Shown in pieces: positions 26,301 through 39,850 of a stretch of DNA of 64,000 nucleotides (its first letter is position 1; the number at the start of each line of letters is the position of its first letter). The notes beneath the pieces were generated by a model. The model was not told where the DNA came from. It ran no database searches and saw only the letters and a program-made list of their open reading frames with translations. Position numbers and translations under genes: made by a program. This stretch comes from Mobula hypostoma (taxonomy: Eukaryota), in assembly GCF_963921235.1 (NCBI RefSeq), contig NC_086097.1:85624001-85688000 (forward strand), in the 5' to 3' direction.

Positions 26301-27660
26301 TATTTAAAATGTCCTTGACCACAGGTGAAGTGCTGGAGGAATGAAGGATAGCTAATGTTGTTGCATTGTTCAAAAAAAGCCAGGAAATTATAGGTCAGTG
26401 GGCCTGACATCAATAGTGGGGAAGTATTCTAAGAAACAGGACATAAAGTATTTGGATAGACAGAGGTTAATTAGGGACAGTCAACGTGGCTTTGTGCATG
26501 GTAGCTTGTGTCAAACCAATCTTATAGAGTTTTTCAAGGAGGTTACCAAGATAGTTGATGAAGGAGAGGCAGTGGAAGTTAGCTACATGGACGTTGAGGT
26601 ATTTGAGAAAATCCCGCTCGGGAAATGGTCAAAGATGGCATTCAGGATGAGGTGGTAAATTGAGGTCGACATTGGCTTCGCAGGTGAAGCCAGAGAATAT
26701 TAGTAGATGGTTGCCATTCTGACTGAGGGCTGAGACTAGTGGTGTGCTGCAGGGATCGGTGCTGGGTCTATTGTTGTTTGTCATCTATACCGAAGATTGG
26801 GGACATAGTAGACAACAAGGAAGCTTGCAGTGGGATCTGGGTCAGCAGGGAAAATGGGCTGAAAAATGCAGATGGAAGTTACTGCAGACAAGTATGAAGT
26901 TTTGCTCTTTCAGAGGACACACCAGAGTTAGACATATACAGTAAGTGTTTGGGTACAGAGGAATGCAGTAGAACAAGGGGATCTGGAGACACTGATCCAT
27001 GATGCTATAAAAGTGGCATCACATGTAGAGAGGGTCATAAAGGAGAGATTTTAACACATTGGCTTACATAAATCAGAGTATTGAGTACAGAATTGGGATG
27101 TTATGTTGAAGTGTATAAGACAATGATGAGGTCAAATTTGGGGTACTTTGTGCAGTTCTGGTTACCTACCTACAGGAGTGGTATCAATAAGACTGAAAGA
27201 AAAAACTTACAAGGATGTTGCCAGGACTTGAGTTATAGGGAAAGGTTGAAAAGCTTAGGACTTTATTTCTTAGAGCACAGGAGAATGAGGGGGAGATTTC
27301 ATCGAGATATACTAAATTGAGGATATAGATAAACAGACTTTTTCTACTGAGGTTTGGTAAGACTAGAACAGAAGGTCATTGGTTAAGGGTGAAACATGAA
27401 ATATTTAAGGTAAACCTGAGGGGAAACTTCATCACTCAGATGGTGGTGCAAGTGGGAATGATCTGCCAGTAGAAATGGTGAATGTGACTTCAGTTGCAAC
27501 TTTTAAGATATGTTTGGATGAATACATTTATGGGAGACACATACAGGGCAATGTCCAGTTGTGGGTCAATGTGACTATGCAGAATAACAGGTCAGCACAG
27601 ACTAAATGGGCCAAAGGGCCTCTTTCTGTGATGTAGCGCTCTTTGACGCTATGATTCTAA
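23330..27660 (+). mobile_element. Old CR1 complex: endonuclease (APE) fragment, then a degenerate near-full-length CR1 from ~23690, with a CR1 tail inserted at ~25290-25450
   Basis: ORF1 remnants (ECSSCGM; VVIGDS; FRFLDH), APE (NARSI.SKADEL; SETWL), RT (SQRGFV; LQGSVLG) and a tail ending ctatgattcta. Confidence 0.85.
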
Positions 27661-28834
27661 TCTTTGCTACCGTCAACCAAAGCCTAGTGAGAACTAACAT
27701 CACCAACTTTAATATTTTGAATATGCCCCCTCTTATTTATATCACCATCAATGGATTTGCCTTTAACTGCCTGGCTTCTGATCCCAAAATTAATTTCCCA
27801 TATCTTCCCACTTCTCTCGCCGCCTTTAAAGTACATTCTAAAACCTTCCATTCTACCAAGCGTCAGTCACCTGTCATAATAGCTCCATCATTGGATTGGT
27901 GTTCATAATTTGTCTAAATACACTATGTTATTAATGTTCATAATAATTTACTTTGATCCAGGCACTTGCTAAATACAGGCTACTGCTGCTGGACCAGCAT
28001 GCAGTCTATTTATTCGACCATTTATCAATTGCTCAATAAACTGATCTGACAGTCGTAGCTGAAAATAACATTGGTTTTATAGATTTATTCTAATGTTTCT
28101 ATTAGGTGGGAGAGCCAAAGTAAGCAAGTGTTGGATAAGAAATGAAAAAAAGAGAGGTTATTTGTTTATTGTCCTTGGCAGACCAGCCTGCCAGGGGAGC
28201 CAAGAACAATCCAGGAAAATTTAAAAATCCAGTGTGATTATAACGGGAAAAAGACGAAACAAGCAACATGTAATTATTACAGAGAACTTCAGGCTAAATC
28301 CTAAAGAAATTAAACTATCCTTAACTATTTTAAATAAAATAACCAGACAGAAATGTCTTAGTTGCTTGACGATGAGAGAAGAGCTTCCAAATGAAGTCCC
28401 TGGGAACACAGTCCATTTAAGAATTGATACTCCAGATGGTTGGTTCCTTATTAAGTTACATAATCTCTAATCTCACTTAAATAAAAAAGAAATCCAAAAT
28501 CTGGTTGAAAGTAAGTGCTTATTTAAGGGGAGCAGAAAAAAATTAAAATTAGAAGTTAGGGTTACAGACATTGAGCGGATTTGAATTTTTGCCATATCCT
28601 TCACTTCTTTCAGCTGATTATTCTTGTATTATAGCCATTACTATAATGAAGCATTCACAGTATTCGATACATGCAAAACAAGTTCACATAATTGCCATTA
28701 AAAAAGAAGAGAATATATACACAATGCCATGGGGTAGAAACGAGCTCCATTTCAACAGAAAATGTTGACCATCTTCAGGAAAATACACAAAAATCACTCT
28801 ATGGTAACCCTGCCTCATAGGAACAAACGCACAA

Positions 28835-30680
28835 AGTCATAGAACACTACAGCACAAAAACAGGCCATTTGCCCCATCTAGTCCATGCCAAGCCATTAAT
28901 CTGCCTAGTCCCATCAATCTGCACCCAAAGGATAGCCCTCCATGCCCCTCCCACCCATTTACCTATCCAAGTTTCTCTTGAGTGTTAAAATCAACCCCAC
29001 ATCACTTGTGTTGGCAGCTTATTCCGCATTCTCATCACCCTCTGAGTGAAGAAGTTCTCCCCTCATGGTCACCTTAAACATTTCACCTTTAACCCTTACC
29101 CCATGACTTCTAGTTGTAGTCTCATCCAATCTAGTGGGAAATGCCTGCTTGCATTTGCCCTGTCTACAGTGCCTTGAAAAAGTATTCAGCCCCCAACTCT
29201 TTGTTCACATAAATGAATATTACCACCAGGAATATTAATCATTCTAACTGAAGATTTTTATTTGTGAATCATATGCTTCCTTTTTCACAGTGAAGTCCAA
29301 AAAAACAGGGAAAATTGTAAAGCATGAAAAACTAGAAATCCAAAAACTGAAATGACAGCATTTCAAAAGTATTCATCCCCATTTTTTCAGACAAAGTTGC
29401 TCAACCTGTGCCAGGTTAGTTGGGGAACAGCAGTCGACATCAATCTTGAGGTCTTGCCAGAGTTGTTCGATTGTGTTAAGGTCAGGACTCTGACTGGGTC
29501 ACTCAAGGACATCAATTTTCTTCATTTGAAGCCACTCATGGTTTCTCTGGCAGTGTGCTTTGGGTCATTGTCATTGTCCTGCTGAAAGACAAACTTCCTC
29601 CCCAGTTTAAGATTTTTTGGCAGAGGCTAGCAGGTTTTTATTCCAGAATCTCTCTTGTGTTTAACAGCATTCATCTTCCCATCAATCCCTGACTAAATTT
29701 CTAGTCCCTGCTGCTGAAAAGCAGCCCCATAGCATGATGCTAATTCCACCATACTTTCCAGTAGGGATGGTGTTACCTGGCTGATGTGCAGTATATATAT
29801 TTACAGTACATACATTGCTTAGTGTTGAGGCCAAAAAGTTCCACTTTAGTCTCATCTGACCACAAAACCTCCTTCCAAGTGATGCTTTGCAAAATATTTA
29901 TAGCAAGGACATGCTTTTTTTAAGGCAGGGCTTCTTCCTTGCTGCTCTTCCATAAATACCCTTTTTGTGCAAGGCCTTAGAGATTATGGAGCCATGAACT
30001 TCATCTCCAGTGGCAGCCACTGAGTGACTGTTAGTATCACAGTACCCTCTTTTACAAGTGCCATTCTTCTCTGGCAACTAAGTTTAGAGGGTCGGCCTAT
30101 GTGGCTGTGGTTTCATATAGCTTCCACATTTTCACAGTGCATTACAATGAGCTCTGAGGTATGTTCAGTACCTTTTGAGATGGTCTTTTACCTTTCCTTA
30201 GATTTGAGCTTCTCCATTATTATTTCCCTTGTCTTTACACTCTTGTCTTCATTTTGGTTTGGTCTTTATGCTCTCTTGTCTTCATTTTGGTTTGGTCTAT
30301 TGAAAATCTACCACATTGTTGGATCTTACAGAGAGAGAAGGTATTTATTCTCACGAATACTTTGAAAACTGGTGATCCTCCAATTCTCTACATCAACAAA
30401 TTTGGTGAGTTGGTAAGGTAATATTGCACATGAGGAAAGTTAGCGTAGTAATTACAAAGGGGACGAATACTTTCTCAGCCTCATAATTTTTGATAAATTG
30501 TTGGTAATTTTGGAATTTATCTTTTGATTTGACATGATGCACAATATTTTGTAGATTAGCTCAAAAATCCGACTTCAATATATTTTACATTTAGAAAATG
30601 AAACAGTAAAATATAAGTATAGTTGTGGGTCTGAATACCTCTTCAAGGCATTGTATACCCCATCATTTTGTATGTATGCA
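28835..30680 (-). mobile_element. CR1 3' remnant split by a Tc1 insertion
   Basis: gtcatagaacactacagcac...gcatttgccctgtcta|tacccc; the CR1 sequence resumes after the Tc1. Confidence 0.7.
29167..30653 (-). mobile_element. Tc1-family DNA transposon (IR/DR type), degenerate
   Basis: TIRs cagtgccttgaaaaagtattcagcccc / gggtctgaatacctcttcaaggcattg. TA duplication at 29165-66 and 30654-55. Inner direct repeats at ~29362 and ~30460. Transposase remnants on minus strand ([15 protein letters not shown] at ~29830-29865). Confidence 0.9.
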
Positions 30681-30839
30681 CATCAGATTTAATAATGTTA
30701 TGGGAGCTCGATCATATACTGTATATGAGTGTCTCTAAGTCAGGTGTTCTTAAACCAGGAACCACCTATAACATAAATTACTTTAGAAGTTTGCAAGACA
30801 CCTCCTGAGAACTTAAATGCTTAAGCCACAGATAAAAAA

Positions 30840-31150
30840 TGTAGGAAACACCAAAACCAATTTGCATATTGAAATGCAATAAACAAAAACGCAATAATGG
30901 TAATAACTTAAGAAAAGAGAATCTGTTTACAGTGATGTTGGTTCAGAGATAAATTTTGGTGAGTCTTCTTGGAGAACTTTACTGCTGATTTTAAATACTG
31001 TTGAGGAGCATTACAGTTTTGTCATGGATTAATACCTCATCCAAAAAACACCTCCCCCAGAATAGTGCTAGACTGCTATCCTAGTATATATATTAATATC
31101 TTCGGAATAAAATTTGAATTCATACACTAATTTAGATGGGAGAGTGATGA
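30840..31150 (-). mobile_element. Ancient DeuSINE-like remnant
   Basis: gtgatgttggttcagagataaattttgg...ggagaactttactgctg resembles the copies at 33.4 and 57.7 kb. Confidence 0.5.
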
Positions 31151-31744
31151 TATGGATAGTAATCCCTCAGTAAGTGCCACAAAAATATATTTGTGGTTTA
31201 CTGAGGGGTTACTACTGGTTCAACACTGATGGACTTCCCATTCATTTGTTAATGTCAGCAGAGCTTCCTTTCTACTGCAATTCTCTGTCATGAAAGAAGT
31301 TTTCCATCAGCTAATTGAAATGTCTTTCATTGACATATGTAACTGTATGCTTGGCAATGCAGTGTGGCTGTGGTTTGTGATCTTTTAAATGACATTATTG
31401 GTAAATCAACTATTTTGTAACAAGCTTTATATAGCAATGGCTGTTCTGTTTCAGTGTTGTAAAATCACTTTATCAAGCAAGCCTAACATTGGAATTTACC
31501 CTGCTCCAGAAAGGATATTTGACTGATACAGCCAGGTTAATATTTAAAATCCAGAGATTTGGCTGAAAATTCAGGTAAGGAATGGAAAATTCTGGTGGAA
31601 TAATGCATTGTATATCATACCTGGGAAATATTAAAAGATTGCTGATTACTACAAGATATTATCTTGCATCCTTTGTTTTTATTATGAGGACTTTGAAATA
31701 TCACTAGGGTTGATTACAGTCACTACTTCTTCACTGACATTTCA

Positions 31745-32992
31745 TACATCACGAGGCTGGTCCTGGCTCATCTCCTACCCCTGGTTAGATCAGCCCTCAA
31801 TCCCCTGCAGTTTGCCTAACAGGAGCCTAATGGAGTTGACACTGCTGTCATCTACCTGCTGCACAGAGCCTACTTTCATTTAGATAAGCAGGGCAGCACT
31901 TGAGTATCTTTCTTAAGTACCTTCAGTAATACAGCCCTCATTGCTGGGGGAAAGCTCCATTCAACGCAGGTTAACACTTCCATTGTATCCTGGATAATGG
32001 ACCGCCTGACTGGCAGACCACAGTTTGTGCAGCTTCAGAGCTGTGTGTCAGACACTGGGGCCCCACAGGGGTCTGTACTGGCTCCCTTCCTGTTTACCCT
32101 GTATACCCCAGACTTCAGATACAACAGTGAGTCATGTCAGCTGCAGAAATTCTCTGATGGCTCAGCAATAGTTGGGTGTATAAAGGGAGGACAGGAGAAT
32201 GAATACTGTACTAGGCCCTGGTGGAGGACTTTGTCAAATGGTGCAAGCTGAATTATCTGCAGCTCAACATCAGTAAGACAATAGTGATGGACCTTAGGAA
32301 GATTAAGCCTGCACTGCTCCCTCTCACTACTGATGGTGAGGACGTGGATGTGGTGAGGCCCTACAGGTACCTGGGGGTGCACCTTGGTGACAGACTTGAG
32401 TGGAGCATCAACACAGAGGCTGTGTATAAGAAGGTCCAGAGTCATCTCTACTTCCTGAGGAGACAGGTCCCCTGAGTATGCAGACCTCTCCTTCACATGT
32501 TCTACCAGTCTGTTGTCATCAGTCCAATGTTCGATCTGGGGGTGTGCTGGGGCAATGGCATCAACACGGGTAATGCCAACAGGCTCAATAAACTGATTAG
32601 AAAGGCTGGCTTTGTTATAGGAGTCAAACTGGACACACTGGAGGCTGTGGTAGAACAAAGCACCCTCCAGAAAATCCTGGCAATTCTGGACAATGTTTCT
32701 CACCCTCTGCATGCCACCTTGGCTGAACAGAGAAGCATTTTCAGTAATAGACTAAGACAACTGCACTGCTGCAAAGAGTGCTATATGAGGTCATTCTTGC
32801 CATCGGGCATTAGGCTTTATAATGGGTCAACCTATAGCCGGGGAAGTGATGAACCCCTCCTCCTGTTAGACTGTTTGATGTAACTAATTTTTTATTCTTT
32901 CTTACTTCTCTTCTAATATTTATATCTGTCCACTTGTAATGCTACTGTGACACTGTATTTTCCTTTGGGATCAATAAAGTATCTATCTATCT
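31745..32992 (+). mobile_element. Rex1/Babar LINE, 5'-truncated RT pseudogene
   Basis: PLQFA, TGAPQGSVLAPFLFTLYT, LQKFSDGSAIVG, YRYLGVHL, MFYQSVV, SHPLH; tail caataaagt(atct)n. Confidence 0.9.
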
Positions 32993-33209
32993 TAATTACC
33001 ATATATATGAATTATCAGTAATAAATTTGCAGTGATAAGATACATGCCAAGTGTCCTGAATAAGATAATTGCTTGTGCCAGGCTCAGCAAAGGTGTAAAG
33101 AAAAAAATCCCCTGACACAATCATTGTTTTATACAGCCAATGCTATTCTAGTTGTGCCTTGTTAATCAGCCTTCAGCGACAGTAAGATCTGTTTCTTGGT
33201 CATTCACTG

Positions 33210-33610
33210 GAGAAAGACTTGCATCCATTTAAATTTTCCAGACTGCACCATATCTCGATGACTTCACAGTCAAAGGAGTTCAAAGAGTAGTTACTATTCC
33301 AGAACAGTGTATTTCCCACAACATGCATACAAAAATCTTCATAACAACAAATAACAGTAATGACAATGTCCATGAAATCTATGATTTTTTGTGATGATGT
33401 GCTGGATAAATATTAGCCTAGGAATGAGAAGAACTTTCCTGCTATGTTTCAAAATGATGCTATGTCTAAAAGAGATTAATATCTCATCTGAAATGCAACA
33501 TTTCCAAGGGTGCAATGCTGCCTCAGTATTTTATAGCGGGGTGGGACCAGATTTCAGCAATCCGGGGCTTCAACCCATAACCTTCTGATTCAAAAGCAGC
33601 TATCCACTGT
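33210..33610 (-). mobile_element. Ancient DeuSINE-like remnant
   Basis: ggataaatattagcc...gaactttcctgct and tRNA-head-like caacccataaccttctgattc. Confidence 0.55.
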
Positions 33611-34222
33611 ATTATAGATCATACTGTAGTCGATGAAAAGAAATAGTGAGCATCAGTTATGGCATTCCTTACTTCTTCATTTTTAATGCAACCTATCTAT
33701 ATTACCTCATTTCTCTTTCCTTAACTGAATTTTCTTTAACTTAATCTTTTCATGAGAGATTAATAAAGTAGGTCTAGAAATTAAAACACATAATGCAGTT
33801 TTGTTCAACATTATGTCAGAAACATTTTTTTTCAAATTTCAAACATGATATAGGTCATTTCCACAGGAGATTTTGTATCACTCTGGGAATGTGACTAGGC
33901 ACGTCCAGTTGTGAATCACCTCTGTGACTGTCTCAGTTTCAGCATCAGAGTGTCTGGAGTAGCAACATTCCCTAACCAGTGTGCCTTTTGGAGTACTTCA
34001 GATATCTAAGAACACATTCCAATGGAAGTAATCATCGTTGAGTACACCCAGGAAAACTAGATCTTCTGGGCTGCCTAATTCCATCTCTTCTCCTTGTCCA
34101 CAATCCTAATCCACCAATTTACATTTCATTGTAAATTCTTCAATACAGTAACTGTTTAATCTTTCCACTGTGGTGATATGATCCTAAGTAATATTGTGAT
34201 ACCTTTTGATATAATCACACAT

Positions 34223-35500
34223 TCTGACGAATCTCATAGAATTTTTTGAGGATGTAACTAGTAGAGTGGATAGGGGAGAACCAGTGGATGTGGTATATTT
34301 GGATTTTCAAAAGGCTTTTGACAAGGTCCCACACAGGAGATTAGTGTGCAAATTTAAAGCACACGGTATTGGGGGTAAGGCATTGGTGTGGGTGAAGAAT
34401 TGGTTAGCAGACAGGAAGCAAAGAGTGGGAATAAACGGGACCTTTTCAGAATGGCAGGCGGTGACTAGTGGGGTACCGCAAGGCTCAGTGCTGGGACCCC
34501 AGTTGTTTACAATGTATATTAATGACTTGGACGAGGGAATTAAATGCAGCATCTCCAAGTTTGCGGATGACATGAAGCTGGGTGGCAGTGTTAGCAGTGA
34601 GGAGGATGCTAAGAGGATGCAGGGTGACTTGGATAGGTTGGGTGAGTGGGAAAATTCATGGCAGATGCAATTTAATGTGGATAAATGTGAAGTTATCCAC
34701 TTTGGTGGCAAAAATAGGAAAACAGATTATTATCTGAATGGTGGCCGATTAGGAAAAGGGGAGGTGCAACGAGACCTGGGTGTCATTATACACCAGTCAT
34801 TGAAAGTGGGCATGCAGGTACAGCAGGCGGTGAAAAAGGCGAATGGTATGCTGGCATTTATAGCGAGAGGATTCGAGTACAGGAGCAGGGACGTACTACT
34901 GCAGTTGTACAAGGCCTTGGTGAGATCACACCTGGAGTATTGTGTGCAGTTTTGCTCCCCTAATCTGAGGAAAGGCATCTTTGCCATAGAGGGAGTAGAA
35001 AGAAGGTTCACCACATTGATTCCTGGGATGGCAGGACTTTCATATGAAGAAAGACTGGATGAACTGGGCTTGTACTCGTTGGAATTTAGAAGATTGAGGG
35101 GGGATCTGATTGAAACGTATAAGATCCTAAAGGGATTGGACAGGCTAGATGCAGGAAGATTGTTCCCGATGTTGGAGAAGTCCAGAATGAGGGGTCACAG
35201 TTTGAGGATAGAGGGGAAGCCTTTTAGAACCGAGATTAGGAAAAACTTCTTCACACAGAGAGTGGTGAATCTGTGGAATTCTCTGCCACAGGAAACTGTT
35301 GAGGCCAGTTCATTGGCTATATTTAAGAGGGTGTTAGATATGGCCCTTGTGGCTACGGGGGTCAGGGGGTATGGAGGGAAGGCTAGGGCGGGGTTCTGAG
35401 TTGGATGATCAGCCATGATCATAATAAATGGTGGTGCAGGCTCGAAGGGCCGAACGGCCTACTCCTGCACCTATTTTCTATGTTTCTATGTTTCTATGTT
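34223..35500 (+). mobile_element. Young CR1 LINE, 5'-truncated; RT C-terminal frame open (34266-35399)
   Basis: [31 protein letters not shown]-like; (tttctatg)n tail. Confidence 0.95.
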
Positions 35501-36714
35501 AAACAATAATAATCAAATTTTCAAAAATATAAATTAATTGTTGCTGCACCCTAGGGCTGTACAAAGAGTAGCTCAAAATGAAGTCCTCCCACACATTAAA
35601 TTACAAGTGTCCGAAATTCAATGGTCCTTGGAATTATAACAATTTTGGGAAAAAAAAATCAATTTTATTGTAGAGACCTTGATGTATCTCAATTCTAGTG
35701 TATTGACAAAACTGAAGAAATAGGTGTTTGATGCTTTGGCTAACAACCAGCAGTTTATTCACCATCTGATGTTGGAATCTGACTGAAGGAACTAATGATT
35801 CTTTCTCAGGATGTATTTATGCTGGATGTGATTGAACTTCCCACTTCTAAGTAGCTTTAAGTTCTGGGGTGTCAAATGAATGGCCAGTTTGTTTTTTTAT
35901 TAAAACAAAGCACCCCAAACAGCAAAAATCCACAAAACTAAATGTTTTGCGACATGGCAAATTTTTTCATATGTAGTACACTGCAGGCTGCAGATTTATC
36001 CATTGTACCTTTAAAGCCATTTGTCTTCTGGCTTGTGAAATATATACTGTACACAATTCAAATATAACACACTTTAAATACCAATAGTACATCTATTTTC
36101 CTTTGCAATTATGCAATTCACTGATTTTAAAAAATCTACAACTTGTTCAACAGGATGATCATAATTTTACTGCATTTGTCATGTTGAAATTGGCTGTTCA
36201 ATTTTAGCTCATCTTCAAGCTCTCCTTGAGATTCTGGAATTCTATGACATTGAAAAATGTCTCTTCCAACTCTAAAACCATCGAAATATATATCATGTCT
36301 CCTGTTGAAAAACACGAGACAGCTCTTCACAGATCCATCCTTTAAACCCTAGTATTAATCTTAAAGGCTTTCTCCAATGACATAATGCAAACTCCCCTTG
36401 CAATAAGGATAACAAAGCTGGACATGATTTTCTCAGTCTCCCTACGTTTAAAATGAATTCTTTCACTTTGTGATGTACCCATGTTACCAATATCTTTTTG
36501 CTTTCTGCCCCGGGCTATTGATACTGGCAAACTTCCCTCTACCAATCTCTTAAGGTCTTCTCTTTCTCTGAACTTGATTTCTCTCACTGAGCAAAGATAC
36601 TGCTTTTAATGATTTTCAGCCAGAGTCCAGAATTTAAATTTATTTGAAACTTGTACTTTAGTTTTTGTTTGTTTTTGCCTAAAAGTTACACAATATTTGA
36701 ATTAATATCTGAAT

Positions 36715-37260
36715 TGATTATGTTTTTTTATTGTCATATACATAATGGTACAATGAAAATTTGTCTTGCATGCCATCCATGCAGATCAATTTATTACAAC
36801 AAAGCATTGATGTTTTACAAAAAGCAGTAACAGAATGCAGAATGAAGTGTTACAGCTACAGAAAAAGTGCATAGCAGATAGACAGTAAGGTGCAAGCTCA
36901 TAACAAGGTAGATTGTGAGGTATTTTATCATGCTAGGTAGTCATTCAATCGTCCCACATCGGCAGAATATAAGCTGTCCTTGAGTTTTGGGGTATGTGCT
37001 TTCAGGCTTTTGTACCTCTTGCCTGATGGGTGGGGGGTGAAGAGAGAATGTCTGGGGTGGCTGGGGTACTTGATTATGTCAGATTCTTTACCAAGGCAGT
37101 GAGATGCATAGACACTGTCTATGGAGGTGAGTCTGGTTTCTATGACGTGCTGAGCTTTGTCCACAACTCTCTGCAGTTTCTTGTGGTCATGGGTAGAGCT
37201 GTTGCCATAACAACCTGTGATGGATCTGGATAGAATGATCTCCATAGTGCATTGATAAAT
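36715..37260 (-). mobile_element. Rex1/Babar-like LINE 3' remnant
   Basis: ORF 36928-37245: KKLQRVVDKAQH...SHPRHSLFTPHPSGKRYKSLK. Confidence 0.75.
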
Positions 37261-37538
37261 TGCTGTGGGTCAATTAATGAATTAAATCATTTCTAAAATG
37301 ATAAATATAGGTGATATTAACACTGTTGCCTGATTTAGCATTAATTTAGAATCTTTTTGGACTGAGAGCAGCATTAAACCACTCACCCCTTGAACTTACT
37401 TCATTCATTATTATGGTTATATTTCATATACAATTCATCTCTGATTTTCCACCTCTACTCCACATTTCTTGACATTAATCTTGTTCCTTCACCAGTCCCA
37501 TTGAGGAAAACGTCACTGATGCAGACCCTAGTCCTCTT

Positions 37539-38083
37539 TAGGGTTGCCAACTGTCCCGTATTTGCCGGGACATCCCGTATATTGGGCTAAATTGGTTTGT
37601 CCCATACGGGACTGCCCTTGTCCCGTATTTCCCCCGCTAAGGTACAGCTTTCGTATGAAACCGTTTGTAAGCCGAAATGGCATAAAGCAAAGAAGAAATT
37701 GCCATTAATTTATATGGGAAATATTTTTGAGCGTTCCCAGACACAAAAAATAACCTACCAAATCATACCAAATAACACATAAAACCTAAAATAACACTAA
37801 CATTTAGTAAAAGCAGGAATGATATGATAAATATACAGCCTATATAAAGTAGAAATAATGTATGTACAGTGTAGTTTCACTTACCAGAATCGGGAAGATT
37901 AAACCAAAACTGATTTATAGGAAAAAATCAGCACGTACACGCATACACACGTCATGCATGTGCACACAGGTGCTTGCGCAAGGCTTCATGGTCATGGTAG
38001 TCTTTCTTGGGGTAAACACAAGTGTCCCGTATTTGACTGCTACTTTTGTCCCTTATCTGGGAGTAAGAAAGCTGGCAAGCCTA
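37539..38083. mobile_element. hAT (Blackjack-like) MITE with 8-bp TSD
   Basis: TIRs tagggttgcca / tggcaagccta. Exact TSD gtcctctt at 37531-37538 and 38084-38091. Subterminal tgtcccgta/cgggac repeats. Confidence 0.88.
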
Positions 38084-39850
38084 GTCCTCTTCCACCTTAA
38101 AACGCAGAAACCTGCTTGTTTTAACTCTCTAAAAATCTTTCTCCATTATAACACTCAGCCTCACCTTCAGTGTTTTTTCTCTCTACCCCCTTCTGACTGG
38201 CAGAACTTCTTTGTTTGCCTCATTTCCCACAAATCTTTCTATATTCTTCCCTCACATTCAGTTCTCATTTAGAGCCATAACTTTGCTCTATACATGAAGT
38301 GCTGACCACACACTTCCCACTTACTCTATGTCCTTAAATTTTTAAAAAAAAACACTATTTCTTTCAATTTTTGGAGCTCTTTTTGTGCTTGTTTCCACTG
38401 AAGCTAAGAGAGTTCTCAAAACTTCTGACATTTTTTTTGTTTACCTACGTCTTGTGAACTTGCCCCAGTTTTAGAATGATATCCTTGTTCGTGAGTTGTA
38501 CACCGTGACCCAAGGTTATGAAATGGAAATTTCACCTTGATGCTACACATGTTGTTCTTTCATCGAACGAGAAAGGATACAATTAGAACACCGCTATTCC
38601 CCACTTGGCATTACCCAGTGGAGACACTGGATAAAGAGTTGTCTAACTCGCTGGTTAATGATAGAATTCCCCAGAAGTTCAGAACTATTCTTAATTTCTA
38701 AAGGAGTGCAACTGTCAGGTTATAATGTGAGTCCAGTACTGGTATTTAGATCTGCTCCACCAGCAACTCTCATTCATGTTCTTGGAGTGGAAACCAGGGG
38801 CAAATCTGACTTTGAGTGATTATAGTGTGCATAATAGCATGTTGGCAGCGTGGCTTACACATACCTTAATTAATAATTTCCTCTGTTGCCTTTAACTGCT
38901 TAAAATGTCAGGAGAAACAACCAGCCTGTTGAAAAGTTATTATTTTTCATCATTATGTTTTGTTATGTCAGTGAAGAGGGCCTTTTGGCCGACTGAGTTT
39001 ATGTTGGCTCTTACAGCTATCTGGTCCCTCACATTCACCCAGCTAATTACATAAAGATGTAACAAACTTGGACAGCAGAGAGCTAATCTTTTCCTTTCCT
39101 CCAGTTTTCAAACTTTCTCATTTACACATTGTCTTATTCAGTGATGTATTCTCTGATATATCTGCTCTCCAGAATTTTGATTAGTTTTACTTGGCTTTTA
39201 ATCCAGGCTTGTGCAGACGACAAAAGACTTTTCAACAGTTCTCTTTGGCCTTTCACACCGGCCGCAATCCCATACATTCCAAAACTCTTGCCCCGCTTTC
39301 TAGCTTACACGCTGGTAGGTCAATTTCCAGTGCTACTTAACATTATGATTCGTGACAGCTTTCACTAAGCAACATGAATAATACTCTCCAAAATTAGACA
39401 TTCCATAAACTACCGGGATGAATCATGTCACTGCAAAAACAGCAAAAGCTGAAGCTCAGTATCACATGCATTTGTTTTTTTGTCATATAATTGATGACCT
39501 AAATTATTACTACTGGCCATATTAACCTTCTGGTAATGAGGCAGTTAAAATGTTCATTTGGCAGTGCTCAACTCAATAGCGGACTCCAGAACCACCTCTC
39601 ACAGACACTTGACAGATGCGCACTCTTTCTTGTTGGGAATTTTGCATTCATTTCCATAAATAATGAGAGTGCTGGTAAGTATGAGTGTCCAGTACCAATT
39701 TCTTATAGCTTGTCATCCAGCATTCCTTGTCTACAGATGGCAACTAACTTTAGAATATGGTAGAAATGCAGGATCAGGTACGAGAGATGTTGCATTGGTG
39801 GGTCCTGTGTCTGTTTACAAATAGCTGCATAAGAATAGAATGGAGACTTG

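Noticed and set aside
31510..31580. Exon ending at the strong donor cag|gtaagg
   Set aside because: All three frames contain stops from the nearest plausible acceptor
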